Shown: in pieces, positions 37,588-47,739 of the stretch | How the letters are laid out: each line of letters begins with the position of its first letter | Position numbering within the stretch: position 1 is the first letter of the stretch | Assembly: GCA_963841435.1 (NCBI GenBank) | Contig: CAWJCS010000001.1 | Coordinates: 358,597 to 422,596 of the forward strand | Reading direction: 5' to 3' | Origin: an uncultured delta proteobacterium | GTDB taxonomy: Bacteria > Myxococcota_A > Polyangia > Polyangiales > Polyangiaceae | Length of the DNA: 64,000 bases | The notes under the pieces: generated by a model | The model's database searches: none | What the model was told of the DNA's origin: nothing | The model's input: the letters and a program-made list of their open reading frames with translations, nothing else | Program-made: the position numbers and the translations under genes

Positions 37588-39336
37588 TCAGTTCGCGGTG
37601 CACAAGGCGTTGTTGTTGGGGTCGATCTGGCCGGCCGAGCACTTGCCACTCGAGCAGCTGCCCGGATCGTCGCAAAAGACGCAGCTTGCGCTGGTCGCCG
37701 TCGCGCAGTCGATGTCGACGACGCCGCAGCCACAGTCGCACGCCCGGTCGCCGTAGTACTCTGTGTTGCACGTCCACTCCGGCGGCGGATCATCGACGCA
37801 GCGCGCGTTGTTCTGCGGGTCGAGGTCGCGGCAGTCGTAGTCCGAGCAGCTGCCGATGTAGGGCGTGCAGTAGCCGCAGCTTTCGAGCAGCGCTGAGCTG
37901 CAGTCGGGGTCGAGCGCGCCGCAGCCGCAGTCGCACGAGTAGCCGTCGTGGTATCGCTTGTCGTCGCAGTGCCACGCGGTGGGCGGCGGGACGCACTGGG
38001 TCACGTCATTCGGGTCCACGCGACCAGGACACAAAAAAGCCCCGCAGCCGGAGCAACTGTCGCAATCCCTCATGCTGCTGCCGCGGCAGTCGACGTCGGG
38101 GACGCCGCACCCGCAATCGCAGCTCGACCCGTCGCCGTATTGATACCACTCGCAGGTCCAGCCAGAAGGGGGATCGGGATGGTCACAATAGCGCGCGTCG
38201 ATCTGACTGATGAGGCCGGGGCAGGCCTGGGCCGAGCAGCTGCCGTCGAGGTCGCAGACGTCGCAGCTGTTGACGTCGTCATCCGGGCAGTCCGGATCGT
38301 GCGCGCCACAGCCGCAGTTGCACTGCACGCCGTCGTGGAAGAAGCGCACGGGGCACGACCAGTTCGTCGGAACGCCCGTGCAGATCGCGTTGTTGTCGTG
38401 GTCGATCGGGCCGGGACAGGATTCTTGCGAGCACCCGTGCCAACAGCTCGTGCAACTCGTGACCGACGCCGAGGCACAATCGGGGTCCACGACGCCGCAG
38501 CCGCAGTCGCAGTCGAAGCCGTCGTTGTAGAGGTCGGTGCTGCAGGTCCAGCCTTCGGGAACGGCGCAGGTCGAGTTGTCGGTCGGGTCGATCGCCGCCG
38601 GACAGACGCCGCCTGCGCAGGAGCCGAAGGCACTGCACACCTCGCAGCTTTCGACCGACGCGTCGTCGCAGTCGGGATCGAAGGCGCCACAGCCGCAGTC
38701 GCAGGAGCCGTCGTGGTAGTAGTACGAGCTGCAAGTCCACCCGGGGGGCGGTGGGATGCAACGGGCGGTGTCGTCGGGATCGATGTTGCCCGGGCACGAG
38801 TTGCTCTGGCAGCTACCGAGTGCCGAGCAGACCTCGCAGGAATCGATGTCACCGTCCTTGCAGTCGATGTCGGGCACGCCGCAGCCGCAGTGACACTTGC
38901 CGTCGTTGTACGCGAAGGTGGTGCACGACCAGCCCGCGGGCGCGCCTGCCACGCCGCCTCCCCCGTTGCCCGCAGGCAGCCCCGCGAAGCCGCCCGTGCC
39001 GCCATTGACGAAGCCGCCCAAGCCAGACGCACCGCCGAACCCCGCTTGGCCGCTGGTGCCCCCGCTGATCATCACGCCGGCCGCGCCGGCGCTCCCCGAA
39101 CCGCCGCCTGTTGCCGACGTGGCGCTGGCGCCTGCCTCGCCTGACTCACCCAGCGTTCCGGCGGAGCCACCCGTCCGGCCGCCGGACGCGGTGCTGCCTG
39201 CCGAGCCGCCCGTGCTCGCTCCGGCGGTGCCCCCGCGACCACCAGAGCCTTTCGTGCCGCTGCTCGAGCCCGAGCAACCCGAGCCCACGGCAGCGATCAG
39301 CGCGCCGACACCCAACCATATCCTCCATGACACCAT
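37588..39336 (-). CDS. Lipoprotein with 7 Cys-rich W-x-C...CxCGCG..DxDC repeats
   Basis: GSGC lipobox, Gly-rich linker, seven ~63-aa repeats. Confidence 0.85.
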   Translation of the reverse strand: MVSWRIWLGVGALIAAVGSGCSGSSSGTKGSGGRGGTAGASTGGSAGSTASGGRTGGSAGTLGESGEAGASATSATGGGSGSAGAAGVMISGGTSGQAGFGGASGLGGFVNGGTGGFAGLPAGNGGGGVAGAPAGWSCTTFAYNDGKCHCGCGVPDIDCKDGDIDSCEVCSALGSCQSNSCPGNIDPDDTARCIPPPPGWTCSSYYYHDGSCDCGCGAFDPDCDDASVESCEVCSAFGSCAGGVCPAAIDPTDNSTCAVPEGWTCSTDLYNDGFDCDCGCGVVDPDCASASVTSCTSCWHGCSQESCPGPIDHDNNAICTGVPTNWSCPVRFFHDGVQCNCGCGAHDPDCPDDDVNSCDVCDLDGSCSAQACPGLISQIDARYCDHPDPPSGWTCEWYQYGDGSSCDCGCGVPDVDCRGSSMRDCDSCSGCGAFLCPGRVDPNDVTQCVPPPTAWHCDDKRYHDGYSCDCGCGALDPDCSSALLESCGYCTPYIGSCSDYDCRDLDPQNNARCVDDPPPEWTCNTEYYGDRACDCGCGVVDIDCATATSASCVFCDDPGSCSSGKCSAGQIDPNNNALCTAN

Positions 39337-39534
39337 GCTGCGGATGATGCCCGGCAACCCGACCTTTCATGCGAAATTTCGCAAGCGCGCAACGCGATTT
39401 TGCCAAGCGCCCGGGCCGAATCGACACGCAAGCCTGCCCGGTGGACGCCCCGGGCACATAGTTCTGGCTAAGCTGGAGGTCGGGTGACGGTCTCGAACGC
39501 CCCTGGAGCTCGACCCATGGACTACGCTGCCTCG

Positions 39535-40092
39535 ATGCACGACGGCCGATCCCTTCGCGCGCTCGGCGGTTCCATCGCCGTGCTCGCGCTCGCGCTGACG
39601 GCGTGCGCGGCGGGCGTCCAGCGCACGCAGATGCCCGACGGCAGTTACGCGCTTCAATGCGAGGTGCCGCTCTCGACCTGCCTCCGGGCGATCGAAGAGC
39701 CGTGCTCGGGACACGGCTACGACGTGCTCGGCGCGAGTGAGCAGCGCTCGCGGGGCGGACCCGTCAACGTGGATCCGGAGCACGTCCACTCCGAAGCCCG
39801 CGTGCGCTGCCGTTCGCCGAAGGCGCTCTTCTCGTTCGAATCGACTCCGCCTGCGCCCTCGGCCGCGGCACCGGCCGAACCGCTGCCTGCCCACGCGCCG
39901 CTGCCGGCGTTGAGCGTCGCTCCGCCCGCCGCCGGGGCGTCCGCCGCAGCCTGCGTGCCCGGCGTGAGCCAGTCTTGTGCCGGGCCGGGCGGTTGCTCGG
40001 GGGCCCAGATCTGCGCCGACGATGGGCGGCGGTTCGGTGCTTGCGACTGCGGCCCGCCGCCAGCCGCTCCCCCAAGCGCGACGCCGCCATGA
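39535..40092 (+). CDS. Hypothetical Cys-containing lipoprotein
   Basis: LTAC lipobox; C-terminal CVPG.SQSC.GPGGC.G.Q.C..DG..FG.CDC. Confidence 0.72.
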   Translation: MHDGRSLRALGGSIAVLALALTACAAGVQRTQMPDGSYALQCEVPLSTCLRAIEEPCSGHGYDVLGASEQRSRGGPVNVDPEHVHSEARVRCRSPKALFSFESTPPAPSAAAPAEPLPAHAPLPALSVAPPAAGASAAACVPGVSQSCAGPGGCSGAQICADDGRRFGACDCGPPPAAPPSATPP

Positions 40093-42032
40093 GACGTGGC
40101 GTCGCCAAGGTCCTCGCGCTCGCGCTCATCGCGTCGGGGGTGCTCGGCCTTTCGCTCGTCCGCGCGCCGCACGACGAGCCCGGCCCGTCGAACGCGGCGG
40201 TCGTCCCGGAGCGCCGACCGGTCGCGAATCCGCCATCGGGCACCGCCGACGACGATCCAACGAGCTGTGATCCCGCGCGCGAGCTCGTGTTGCCGCTCGG
40301 CGGACCAGCCGGCATCCGTTGCGCGACGGCGCGTTCAATCATTGCCGAGGTCCACGCGCGCTTCGCGGCCGAGGTGCCGACGCCGCGCACGGCAGCGTTC
40401 GCTGACCTCGTCGTGAGCTGGCTCGACCCGCACGGCCTCTGGTCGGATGCGCCGGACGCGCCGCCGGGGGCCCGCATCGCGAAGGACGCGGCGGCGCTGC
40501 TCGCCGAGATCGAGGTGCCGAAGGAGAGCTCCGAGCCGTGCGCGCACGCCCACGCGCTCGGGCGCGAGCTCGTGGATTGGGTCGCCGAGCTCGGCGCAAA
40601 ATACGATCGGGCGCGCGCGAGCGCGCGCCGCCCGTCACGGCCGGAAGCAACGACACTCGCGCTCGTCGGCGCGTTCGAGGACGGCCCCGTGACGACGCCG
40701 GCGAGCGAGCTCGCCGCCGAGCTCGGATCACGCGTCGGGGCCATCGAGCACGCGCTCGGCGACGACGTGACACCCTTCACGGCGTCGCTTCGTGAGCGCT
40801 ACCTGCCCTCGCTGAGCGCCGAGGAGTGGCAAGAGGTGGTGCTGGCGGCGGCCGTGCGCGCCTACGTGAGCGCCGTCGATCCCCACGGCGCGTGGGCGCC
40901 GATCGACGAGGAGTGGGCGCTCTACGCCGACGACGAAAGCTTCGAGGACGGCTCGCGGCTCTGGGGCGACATGGTCCGGACGCCGATTGGGGCGCGCATC
41001 GTCGACCGGCCGAGGCCGCCGCTCGCCGTCGACGACCTCGTGCTCGAGGTGAGCGGTGTCACCGTAGGCGGCCTGAGCGTCGAGGAGCTGGGACAGCTCG
41101 AGCGCGTGCTGCCCGCCGATCCCGAGGCGCCACGGCGTGTCACGGTGCTGCGCGCGGGCTACGAGGGGCCGCTGTCGCTCGAGGTGCCGCCGTACGACGA
41201 CGCGCCCGATGCGCCGGGCGCCGAGGACCAGGCCTTGCTCGACGACGACGACGACGAGCTGGATCTCGATCTCGTGAGGTACGGCGCGCGCCAGGCCGCC
41301 ATCGTCGGCATTCACTACATCGGCGACGACCTCGGCGAGCGCCTCGAGGAGCTCGTCGAGGAGCTCTCGGAGGACGGCGAGCCACCGGCCGGCTTGCTGC
41401 TCGATCTGCGCGGCAACGGCGGCGGCTCGACCGACGGCGCCGCAGCGGCGCTCGGCGTGGTGCTGCCCGGCGTGCCCGCGTTCCCGCTGCTCCACGGCGG
41501 GCACCTCACGGAGGTGCTCACGACGCCCGTGCCGGGGCCGAGCCGGCGCTTCGCAGGGCCCGTCGGCGTGCTCGTCGATGCCGACACGGCGAGCGCCGCG
41601 GAGATGCTCGCAGGCGCCATCGATCGTTACGGCCGCGGCACGCTGCTCGGAGCTCGCACCTTCGGCAAGGGTTGCGTGCAGGAGTACTTCCGGGACCACA
41701 CGGGCTCGGGTGCGCTCAGGCTCACGACCCAGCTGTTCGTGCTGCCGGACGGGTCACCCATCCAAACGACCGGCCTTTTGCCGGCTCTCTCGCTCGACGT
41801 CGAGCGCGGCGGGGAAAAGGAAAGCGACCTGCCCGGAGCCCTCCCACCCGTGACGGGTCCCGACGTGCGGGTCCGCATCGCCGTGGCGCCGAGCTGGCCC
41901 CGGCCCGTGGGTCGTGTGGGCCCGTGCGGGGATCCCGTGATCTGCTCCGCGCTCCGCAAGCTCGCGGGCCGGTCCCCCGTTTCGGTGGCGCGCGCGGGCG
42001 TCGGCGCAAAAAATCGCAGAAATCCACGCTGA
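40089..42032 (+). CDS. S41 family (tail-specific/C-terminal processing) peptidase
   Basis: DPH, LLLDLRGNGGG, VLVD..TASAAE, G.RTFGKG.VQ, LRLTT..F.LPDG.PIQ..G..P. Confidence 0.88.
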   Translation: MRRGVAKVLALALIASGVLGLSLVRAPHDEPGPSNAAVVPERRPVANPPSGTADDDPTSCDPARELVLPLGGPAGIRCATARSIIAEVHARFAAEVPTPRTAAFADLVVSWLDPHGLWSDAPDAPPGARIAKDAAALLAEIEVPKESSEPCAHAHALGRELVDWVAELGAKYDRARASARRPSRPEATTLALVGAFEDGPVTTPASELAAELGSRVGAIEHALGDDVTPFTASLRERYLPSLSAEEWQEVVLAAAVRAYVSAVDPHGAWAPIDEEWALYADDESFEDGSRLWGDMVRTPIGARIVDRPRPPLAVDDLVLEVSGVTVGGLSVEELGQLERVLPADPEAPRRVTVLRAGYEGPLSLEVPPYDDAPDAPGAEDQALLDDDDDELDLDLVRYGARQAAIVGIHYIGDDLGERLEELVEELSEDGEPPAGLLLDLRGNGGGSTDGAAAALGVVLPGVPAFPLLHGGHLTEVLTTPVPGPSRRFAGPVGVLVDADTASAAEMLAGAIDRYGRGTLLGARTFGKGCVQEYFRDHTGSGALRLTTQLFVLPDGSPIQTTGLLPALSLDVERGGEKESDLPGALPPVTGPDVRVRIAVAPSWPRPVGRVGPCGDPVICSALRKLAGRSPVSVARAGVGAKNRRNPR

Positions 42033-42107
42033 AACTGCGCCAGGGCCTGTCGTCTGCTCTGCCCCGCGGGGGGCTACGTGCTACACCGGGCTCGGACTTT
42101 GGTTCTA

Positions 42108-43514
42108 ATGCCCCCTTCGAGGCCGTACCCCGAGCGGGACGGGGCGGGCGCCAGCGGATTCGACGAAGACGCGGGCGACTACCCGGACTTGCCCTCGTAC
42201 ACGGTACGCGACCTGCCAGCCGAGGAGCCGCCGTCGAGCCGACGGGGCGGATCCGGGCCGCGCGGGCCCCGTGCCGGCGGGCCCGAGCCCGTCGCGTACC
42301 CCATCGATCTCGACGACCGCGTCGATCCGGACGCCGCGAAGGTCGTTCGGCGTCTCGTCAAGGGTGGCTACGAGGGCTACCTCGTGGGCGGCGGCGTCCG
42401 CGACCTGCTCGTCGGGCGCGCCCCCAAGGACTACGACGTGGCGACGAGCGCGCGACCCGACGACGTCCGCCGGCTTTTCCGCAACTCGCGCATCATCGGC
42501 CGGCGCTTCCGCCTCGTGCACGTGCTGTTCGGCGGCGGCAAAGTGATCGAAACGGCGACCTTCCGGCGGGCGCCCGAGCAGAGCGACGCCGAGGGCGTGG
42601 ATCTCCTGATCCGCAGCGACAACGTGTTCGGTGAAGCGCACGAGGACGCGACGCGTCGCGACTTCACCATCAACGCGCTCTTTTACGACACGGAGCGGCG
42701 CGTGGTGCTCGACTGGGTCGGCGGCATGCCGGACATCGAGCGGCGCACCGTGCACACCATCGGCGACCCGTCGGTGCGCTTCCGCGAGGATCCCGTGCGC
42801 ATTCTGCGCGCCATCAAGTTCTGCGCGCGTCTGGATTTCGGCATGTCACCCGAGGTCTACGACGCCGTCGTCGAATGCCGGGAAACCTTGGCGCGCGCCG
42901 CGAAGCCACGCCTGTTCGAGGAGCTGCTCCGGCTCTTGCGCAGTGGTTTTTCGCACCGCGCCTTCTATCTCGCCTGGGAAACCGGCGTCCTCGACGTGCT
43001 CTTGCCGGAGCTCTCGACGTTCCTCGCCGATCAGCCCGACGACGAGGAGGTGGTGCTCTGGCGCGTGCTCGACGAGATCGACAGCCGCACGCGCGCCGAG
43101 GGGGCTCTCGACGACGTCGTGCTGATGGCCGCGCTCCTGCTCGAGCCACTGCGCGAGGCGTGCAACGGTGCGCGTGATCGGGTCGAGGCCGCTTACCGCT
43201 TCCTCGAAGCGATCGTGGACCGACTCAACATGCCGCGCCGCATCGCCGAGCCCGTGCGTCGTGTGGTCGCGATCCTCCCGCGGCTCGAGGCGGGCCGGGC
43301 GGGGCGCTTCGCGCGCACGAGCCTCTATCCGATCGCAAAAGAGATCGCGTCGATCTACGCGACCGCCGAGGGCCGCTCGATGCTGGAGGATGCGGCGCCC
43401 GCGGAGCGCTCCAGCACCGACGCCGCGGGCGACGAGGAAAAGGGCGAGGAAGCGCTGGCCGTCGAGACGGGCCGTCGCAAGCGGCGCAGGCGTCGCCCGC
43501 GTCGCGACGCGTAG
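42108..43514 (+). CDS. pcnB: Poly(A) polymerase I
   Basis: YLVGGGVRDLL.G..PKDYDVAT, PAP-specific IIGRRFRLVHV, IETATFR, DA.RRDFTINALFYD, RFREDPVRILRA; basic RRKRRRRRPRR tail. Confidence 0.92.
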   Translation: MPPSRPYPERDGAGASGFDEDAGDYPDLPSYTVRDLPAEEPPSSRRGGSGPRGPRAGGPEPVAYPIDLDDRVDPDAAKVVRRLVKGGYEGYLVGGGVRDLLVGRAPKDYDVATSARPDDVRRLFRNSRIIGRRFRLVHVLFGGGKVIETATFRRAPEQSDAEGVDLLIRSDNVFGEAHEDATRRDFTINALFYDTERRVVLDWVGGMPDIERRTVHTIGDPSVRFREDPVRILRAIKFCARLDFGMSPEVYDAVVECRETLARAAKPRLFEELLRLLRSGFSHRAFYLAWETGVLDVLLPELSTFLADQPDDEEVVLWRVLDEIDSRTRAEGALDDVVLMAALLLEPLREACNGARDRVEAAYRFLEAIVDRLNMPRRIAEPVRRVVAILPRLEAGRAGRFARTSLYPIAKEIASIYATAEGRSMLEDAAPAERSSTDAAGDEEKGEEALAVETGRRKRRRRRPRRDA

Positions 43515-43773
43515 CGACGCCGCCGGGCAGCTCAGAAGCCGAGATTCGGCGAGCCCTTCGTGCTCGAGAGGAGCGCGCCGCCGCAGCACCTTCGTGGGCT
43601 TCGGAGCCTTCGCAGGCGCGACGGTCGCGCTCGGCAGCGCCGAGGCGCTCGGCACGGCGGCGCTGCTCGGCGAGGGCACGGGCAGAGCGGCGGCCGGCTA
43701 GGTCCGCGTTTTTTCGCGGCGAGGACGAGGCTCCCGCGCGACCCCGAGGCGGTCGGCAAGGCCTCGCTGCGGG

Positions 43774-44823
43774 TCAGTTCGAGTTCATCTCGACGCGCAG
43801 CAATCGGCGCCCGATGAACACGTAGTCGCCGTGCGACAGGGCCCGCTCGGCCTTGAGCCTGAGGTACGTGCCGTTTCGGCTATCGAGGTCCGACAGCCAG
43901 TACTTGCCGTCGCGCTCCTCGACCGTCGCGTGGCGAGCGGACATGAAGACGTCGGCCGGAAAGTTGATGTCGCCGTCCTCACGACCGATCTGCAGGCTGT
44001 TGCTGCGCGTGCACACCGTCATGCCGATGGCGCCGCCCTCGAGGATCTGATTGAGGCGGAACGCGCTCGGGTACTTCGGTGACGAGTAGAAGAACGTCCC
44101 GTCGCCGTCGGCTCCGTCGGAAGCTTTCGGCGTGGGGTCGAGGCGAAACACCTGCTCGCCCACGAGGAACATGTCACCCGGCACGAGCTCGACGGTGCCG
44201 CGCACGCGGAAGTAGACGCCGTTGAGCGACCCTTCGTCGCGCACCACCAAGTGGTCGTCGCGATAGAAGAAATTGGCGTGCCGCGGCGACACGAACGGAT
44301 CGTCGGGGAACTCGACCTGGCCTTGCCGGCCGACGACGTGCTCGTCCGCTTTCAGATGGTACGAAAGCCCGTCCATGCCCTCGCCGCGGATGAGAATCAG
44401 ACGCGCGCGCGACGGATCCTGCATGTCGCTGTAAAAGTCGACGGGCTGGTTGAGCATCGTCTCCGGCACCGCCGCGCCGCAGCGACCGCAGAACTTGTGC
44501 CCACTCGGCACAGGGGTCATGCACGACTCGCAGACGAAGTACCTCGCTTGATCCATCGCTTGTTCCTTGGAGTGGTGCGCCGAAGGCGACGCGCTCCCCC
44601 GGGCGACGCTCGCGGCATCCGACCTTGCACCGAACGTCAGCGGTTGGGAACCGGCTTTTGGAGCGGCGGGTGGGCTCGACGGAGAGATCGCCTGGATGGC
44701 CTGGCCGGCCGGCTGGACCACGAGATCGGCGCCGCACTCGGGACACTGGGAAAATCCCCGGGGGGAGAACCAGTCGCACTTGCCGCAGGCGACGCCTACT
44801 TCGGTCCACTCGGCGCCCAGCAT
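43774..44823 (-). CDS. Zinc-ribbon + tandem FHA domain protein
   Basis: CxxC..CxxCG ribbons twice; two FHA domains (VGR..D.FVSPRHA..SLNG; IGR..D.FMSARHA..SRNGT). Confidence 0.9.
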   Translation of the reverse strand: MLGAEWTEVGVACGKCDWFSPRGFSQCPECGADLVVQPAGQAIQAISPSSPPAAPKAGSQPLTFGARSDAASVARGSASPSAHHSKEQAMDQARYFVCESCMTPVPSGHKFCGRCGAAVPETMLNQPVDFYSDMQDPSRARLILIRGEGMDGLSYHLKADEHVVGRQGQVEFPDDPFVSPRHANFFYRDDHLVVRDEGSLNGVYFRVRGTVELVPGDMFLVGEQVFRLDPTPKASDGADGDGTFFYSSPKYPSAFRLNQILEGGAIGMTVCTRSNSLQIGREDGDINFPADVFMSARHATVEERDGKYWLSDLDSRNGTYLRLKAERALSHGDYVFIGRRLLRVEMNSN

Positions 44824-44903
44824 CGTTCACGTGCCACGAAAAATAGCGGCAAGAGCGGCCGGCGTCCATGGGTGGTTGCGAAAACACGCCACCGACGCCG
44901 CTC

Positions 44904-45543
44904 TCAGCGCACGAACTGAAAGCGATTCGATGCGTCGAAGAAACCGCCGGGGCCCAGGAGACGGAAGAAAACGGTCTCCGTGCAGCTGGTGCGGTCGACG
45001 GGCCCGAAGTCCCGCGAGTCGTAGGGAAAGCGGCGGTTGTCGCTCACGAGGAACACTTCGCCCGTATGGACGTTCGCCCTCGAAGGACTGAACGTCCGAA
45101 GTGGCGACGGCCTCCCCGCGCTCGTGGATCGTCCCGTGGGCGACCTCCATGGAGCAGCGCTGCTCCACGTCGCCCCCCTGCGGGGAGGTGACCGTGAACA
45201 CCGGACTCCCGCAGTCACCCTCCGAGCCGAACGGCTTTTCGTTCACGAAGATGCGCGACGCTTCCACCTTCACGTGGTCGCGCTCTTCGCCGATGAGCCG
45301 CCCAATGGTGATGCGGTCGGGGTGCCGTGGCTCCGGGCAGACGACGAGCGAGCCGAGCGCGGGCTCGGTGAGGCGCCAGAGCAGGAGCCAGTCGCCGCCG
45401 TGGAGGCTCGGCGCAATCGAAGCATCCAGCCAGGGATCGTCGTCCGGCACGTGCCACCACCGGATCGCGGTCACGCGGAGCGCGATGGTCATGACAACGA
45501 GCCCGACCAAGCTCCAGAGTAGCCACCGCCCGAGCGCCCGCAT
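44904..45543 (-). CDS. Signal peptidase I (S26)-like protein (frameshift at ~45073)
   Basis: N-terminal TM, SIAPSL..GD, GRLIG...D.V, VFLVSDNR....DSRDFGPV. Removing one base gives FEGDVHTGEVFLV. Confidence 0.8.
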
Positions 45544-45580
45544 CGGCTGAAGTTTAGCGGATCGGGATCGCCGCTTCCAA

Positions 45581-46486
45581 CTACTCACATTCGACGGGCG
45601 GGAGCTCGTTCGGGCTCATGCCCTGGACGACCAGCTCCGCCTGCGTGAAGAGGGGGCGCCAGGCGTCGATGCGGGTGAACTCCGCGCGGCCGAGCGTCTT
45701 GTCGCTCGCATCCATCACGGCGGCGGAGATCACGCCGACGATTTCGCCCGTGGCAAGATCCACGGCGGGGCCGCCCGAATCGCCGGGGCAAATGCTCGCA
45801 TCCAGGCGAAAGGTATGGTGGAAAAGCTTCTCGATGTTGCCGCCCTGCCGCACGGCGCGCCCTCCCGTGTTGGAGGTCCACACGCAGCGCCCGAAGCCGA
45901 TGGGCTCGATGGCGGCTCCGGCGATGGGTGGCGCGTTCAGGCGCGCGCCGCGCGTCGCGACGCCGACGAGCCGCCGCTCGAGTACGAGAATGGCGATGTC
46001 GCCGTCACCGGCCGCGTAGCCGCACGTCGGCGCCACGATCGCCCGCACCCCGACCTCACCCCACGCGAACGGATCGCCGCCGAGCTCGACGCTGACCGCC
46101 TCGATCGGCAGGTCCTTCGAGAGCATCTGCCCGTTCTCGTCGCGCTCGGCGAGGCAATGGTGCGCGGTGAGGACGCGCTCTTCGTCGAGCAGCGAGCCCG
46201 AGCAGGTTACGGAGCCCGCCACCACCCGGACCACGTAGTCCTCCGGCGTCGTCACGGCGAGAGGCAGGCCGAGCGGCACGGCGGGCTCGTCGACCTCACC
46301 GAACGCGGCCGGCGCCACCTTCGGCTCCTGCCCGGGCAGCTTCAAGCACCCGGCCGCGCCGATCGACGCGGCGCAGAGCAGCACGGCGGGCGGCAGGCTC
46401 TTCGCCCGGCGAGCGCGCGCCCCCGTCTGGCACTCCGAAGGAGGGCCGACGTTCCGGGCCACCTCACCCGCGGCTCGATCTTGCAT
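45581..46486 (-). CDS. Trypsin-like S1 serine protease (probable lipoprotein)
   Basis: CSGSLL....VLTAHHC, GDIAIL, CPGDSGGP catalytic triad motifs; AAGC lipobox. Confidence 0.9.
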   Translation of the reverse strand: MQDRAAGEVARNVGPPSECQTGARARRAKSLPPAVLLCAASIGAAGCLKLPGQEPKVAPAAFGEVDEPAVPLGLPLAVTTPEDYVVRVVAGSVTCSGSLLDEERVLTAHHCLAERDENGQMLSKDLPIEAVSVELGGDPFAWGEVGVRAIVAPTCGYAAGDGDIAILVLERRLVGVATRGARLNAPPIAGAAIEPIGFGRCVWTSNTGGRAVRQGGNIEKLFHHTFRLDASICPGDSGGPAVDLATGEIVGVISAAVMDASDKTLGRAEFTRIDAWRPLFTQAELVVQGMSPNELPPVECE

Positions 46487-46604
46487 GCGGCTCAAGTAGT
46501 GACACGCGCCAAGGCGCGATGTTTCCGACACCGAACCTTACGTGGCACTGGGTAGAAAGATCACCCGCGCGGCGACGAAGACGCCGCCCACATCCACCCA
46601 CCCG

Positions 46605-47693
46605 TCAGGCGACGACCAGATCGTCTTTATGCACTACCACTGTGTCTCCCCGGCCGGGTCCGAGCAGCTGTTCGAGCGCCGGACCCTTCTGACCGGCGAC
46701 GCGCGCCGCGTCCATCGCGCCGAGTCGCGCGAGCCCACGGCCGATCTCGACGCCGTCGGCCGCCACGAGCCGAACCGCGTCCCCGACGGCAAATTCCCCG
46801 TGAACGCCCACGATCCCGACGGGCAAAAGGCTCGCCTTGCCTTGCTTTACGGCATTGGCGGCCCCCGCATCGAGCACGATGGTCCCCTGCGGTTTCAGCG
46901 TGAACATGATCCAGTGTTGCCGTGCTCGAAGCGGCGTCCCCTGGACCGGAAAGAGCGTCCCCACGTCCTGCCCCGAAAGGATCGCGCTGAGCGTGCCGGG
47001 CTGGGACGCCGCGGCGATCACCACGGCTGCGCCCGCCCGGCAGGCTTTACGCGCTGCGTCGAGCTTGCTCGCGATGCCGCCGCTGCCGACGGCAGCGCTC
47101 GGGGGGCGCACGCTGCCGAGCTTCTCGTTTTCGCCCATGATGCTGATGCGCCGGCCATTTTCGTCGAGCACGCCCTCGACGTCCGTTAGAAGCACGAGAA
47201 GATCCGCTCCGAGCAGCGGCGCCACCATGGCGGCGAGCTGATCGTTGTCGCCGAAGCGGATCTCCTCGGTGGAAACCGTGTCGTTCTCGTTGACGATGGG
47301 GACGGCGCCGGCGTCGAGGAGCGCGATGAGCGCGTCGCGCGCGTTGTTCATGCGCTCGCGCTCCGCGAGGTCGGCGTGCGTCAGGAGCACCTGGGCCGTG
47401 GTGACCCCGATGGCGCCGAAGGCCTCGTCGTAGCGCCGCATGAGCACGCTCTGGCCGGCGGCGGCCGCCGCCTGCAAGCGCGACATCTCCGTCGGACGCT
47501 TGCCGTAGCCGAGCCGCTGCACGCCGAGCGCGATCGCGCCGCTCGAAACGAGCACGACGCTGCGCGCGGGCGAGCGTAGCGCCGAGAGCTCACGCGCGAG
47601 GCGCGGGATGAGCTCGGCGTCGGAGGCGAGCACGCGCGACCCCACCTTCACCACGATGCGGCGAACGCTCGAAAAGTCGCTCCTTTGGGCCAA
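46605..47693 (-). CDS. proB: Glutamate 5-kinase
   Basis: RIVVKVGS, LVSSGAI, QAAAAAGQ, PIVNENDTV, FGDNDQLAA, LLTDVEG; C-terminal PUA domain (VVHKDDL). Confidence 0.96.
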   Translation of the reverse strand: MAQRSDFSSVRRIVVKVGSRVLASDAELIPRLARELSALRSPARSVVLVSSGAIALGVQRLGYGKRPTEMSRLQAAAAAGQSVLMRRYDEAFGAIGVTTAQVLLTHADLAERERMNNARDALIALLDAGAVPIVNENDTVSTEEIRFGDNDQLAAMVAPLLGADLLVLLTDVEGVLDENGRRISIMGENEKLGSVRPPSAAVGSGGIASKLDAARKACRAGAAVVIAAASQPGTLSAILSGQDVGTLFPVQGTPLRARQHWIMFTLKPQGTIVLDAGAANAVKQGKASLLPVGIVGVHGEFAVGDAVRLVAADGVEIGRGLARLGAMDAARVAGQKGPALEQLLGPGRGDTVVVHKDDLVVA

Positions 47694-47739
47694 AGTGCGG
47701 CTCTGATACCACGGTTTTTCGCCCCCCGAAGGTGCGCCG

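Noticed and set aside
43514-43774. Possible small gene between pcnB and the FHA gene
   Set aside because: Only Pro/Ala/Ser-rich fragments in different frames; no convincing start.
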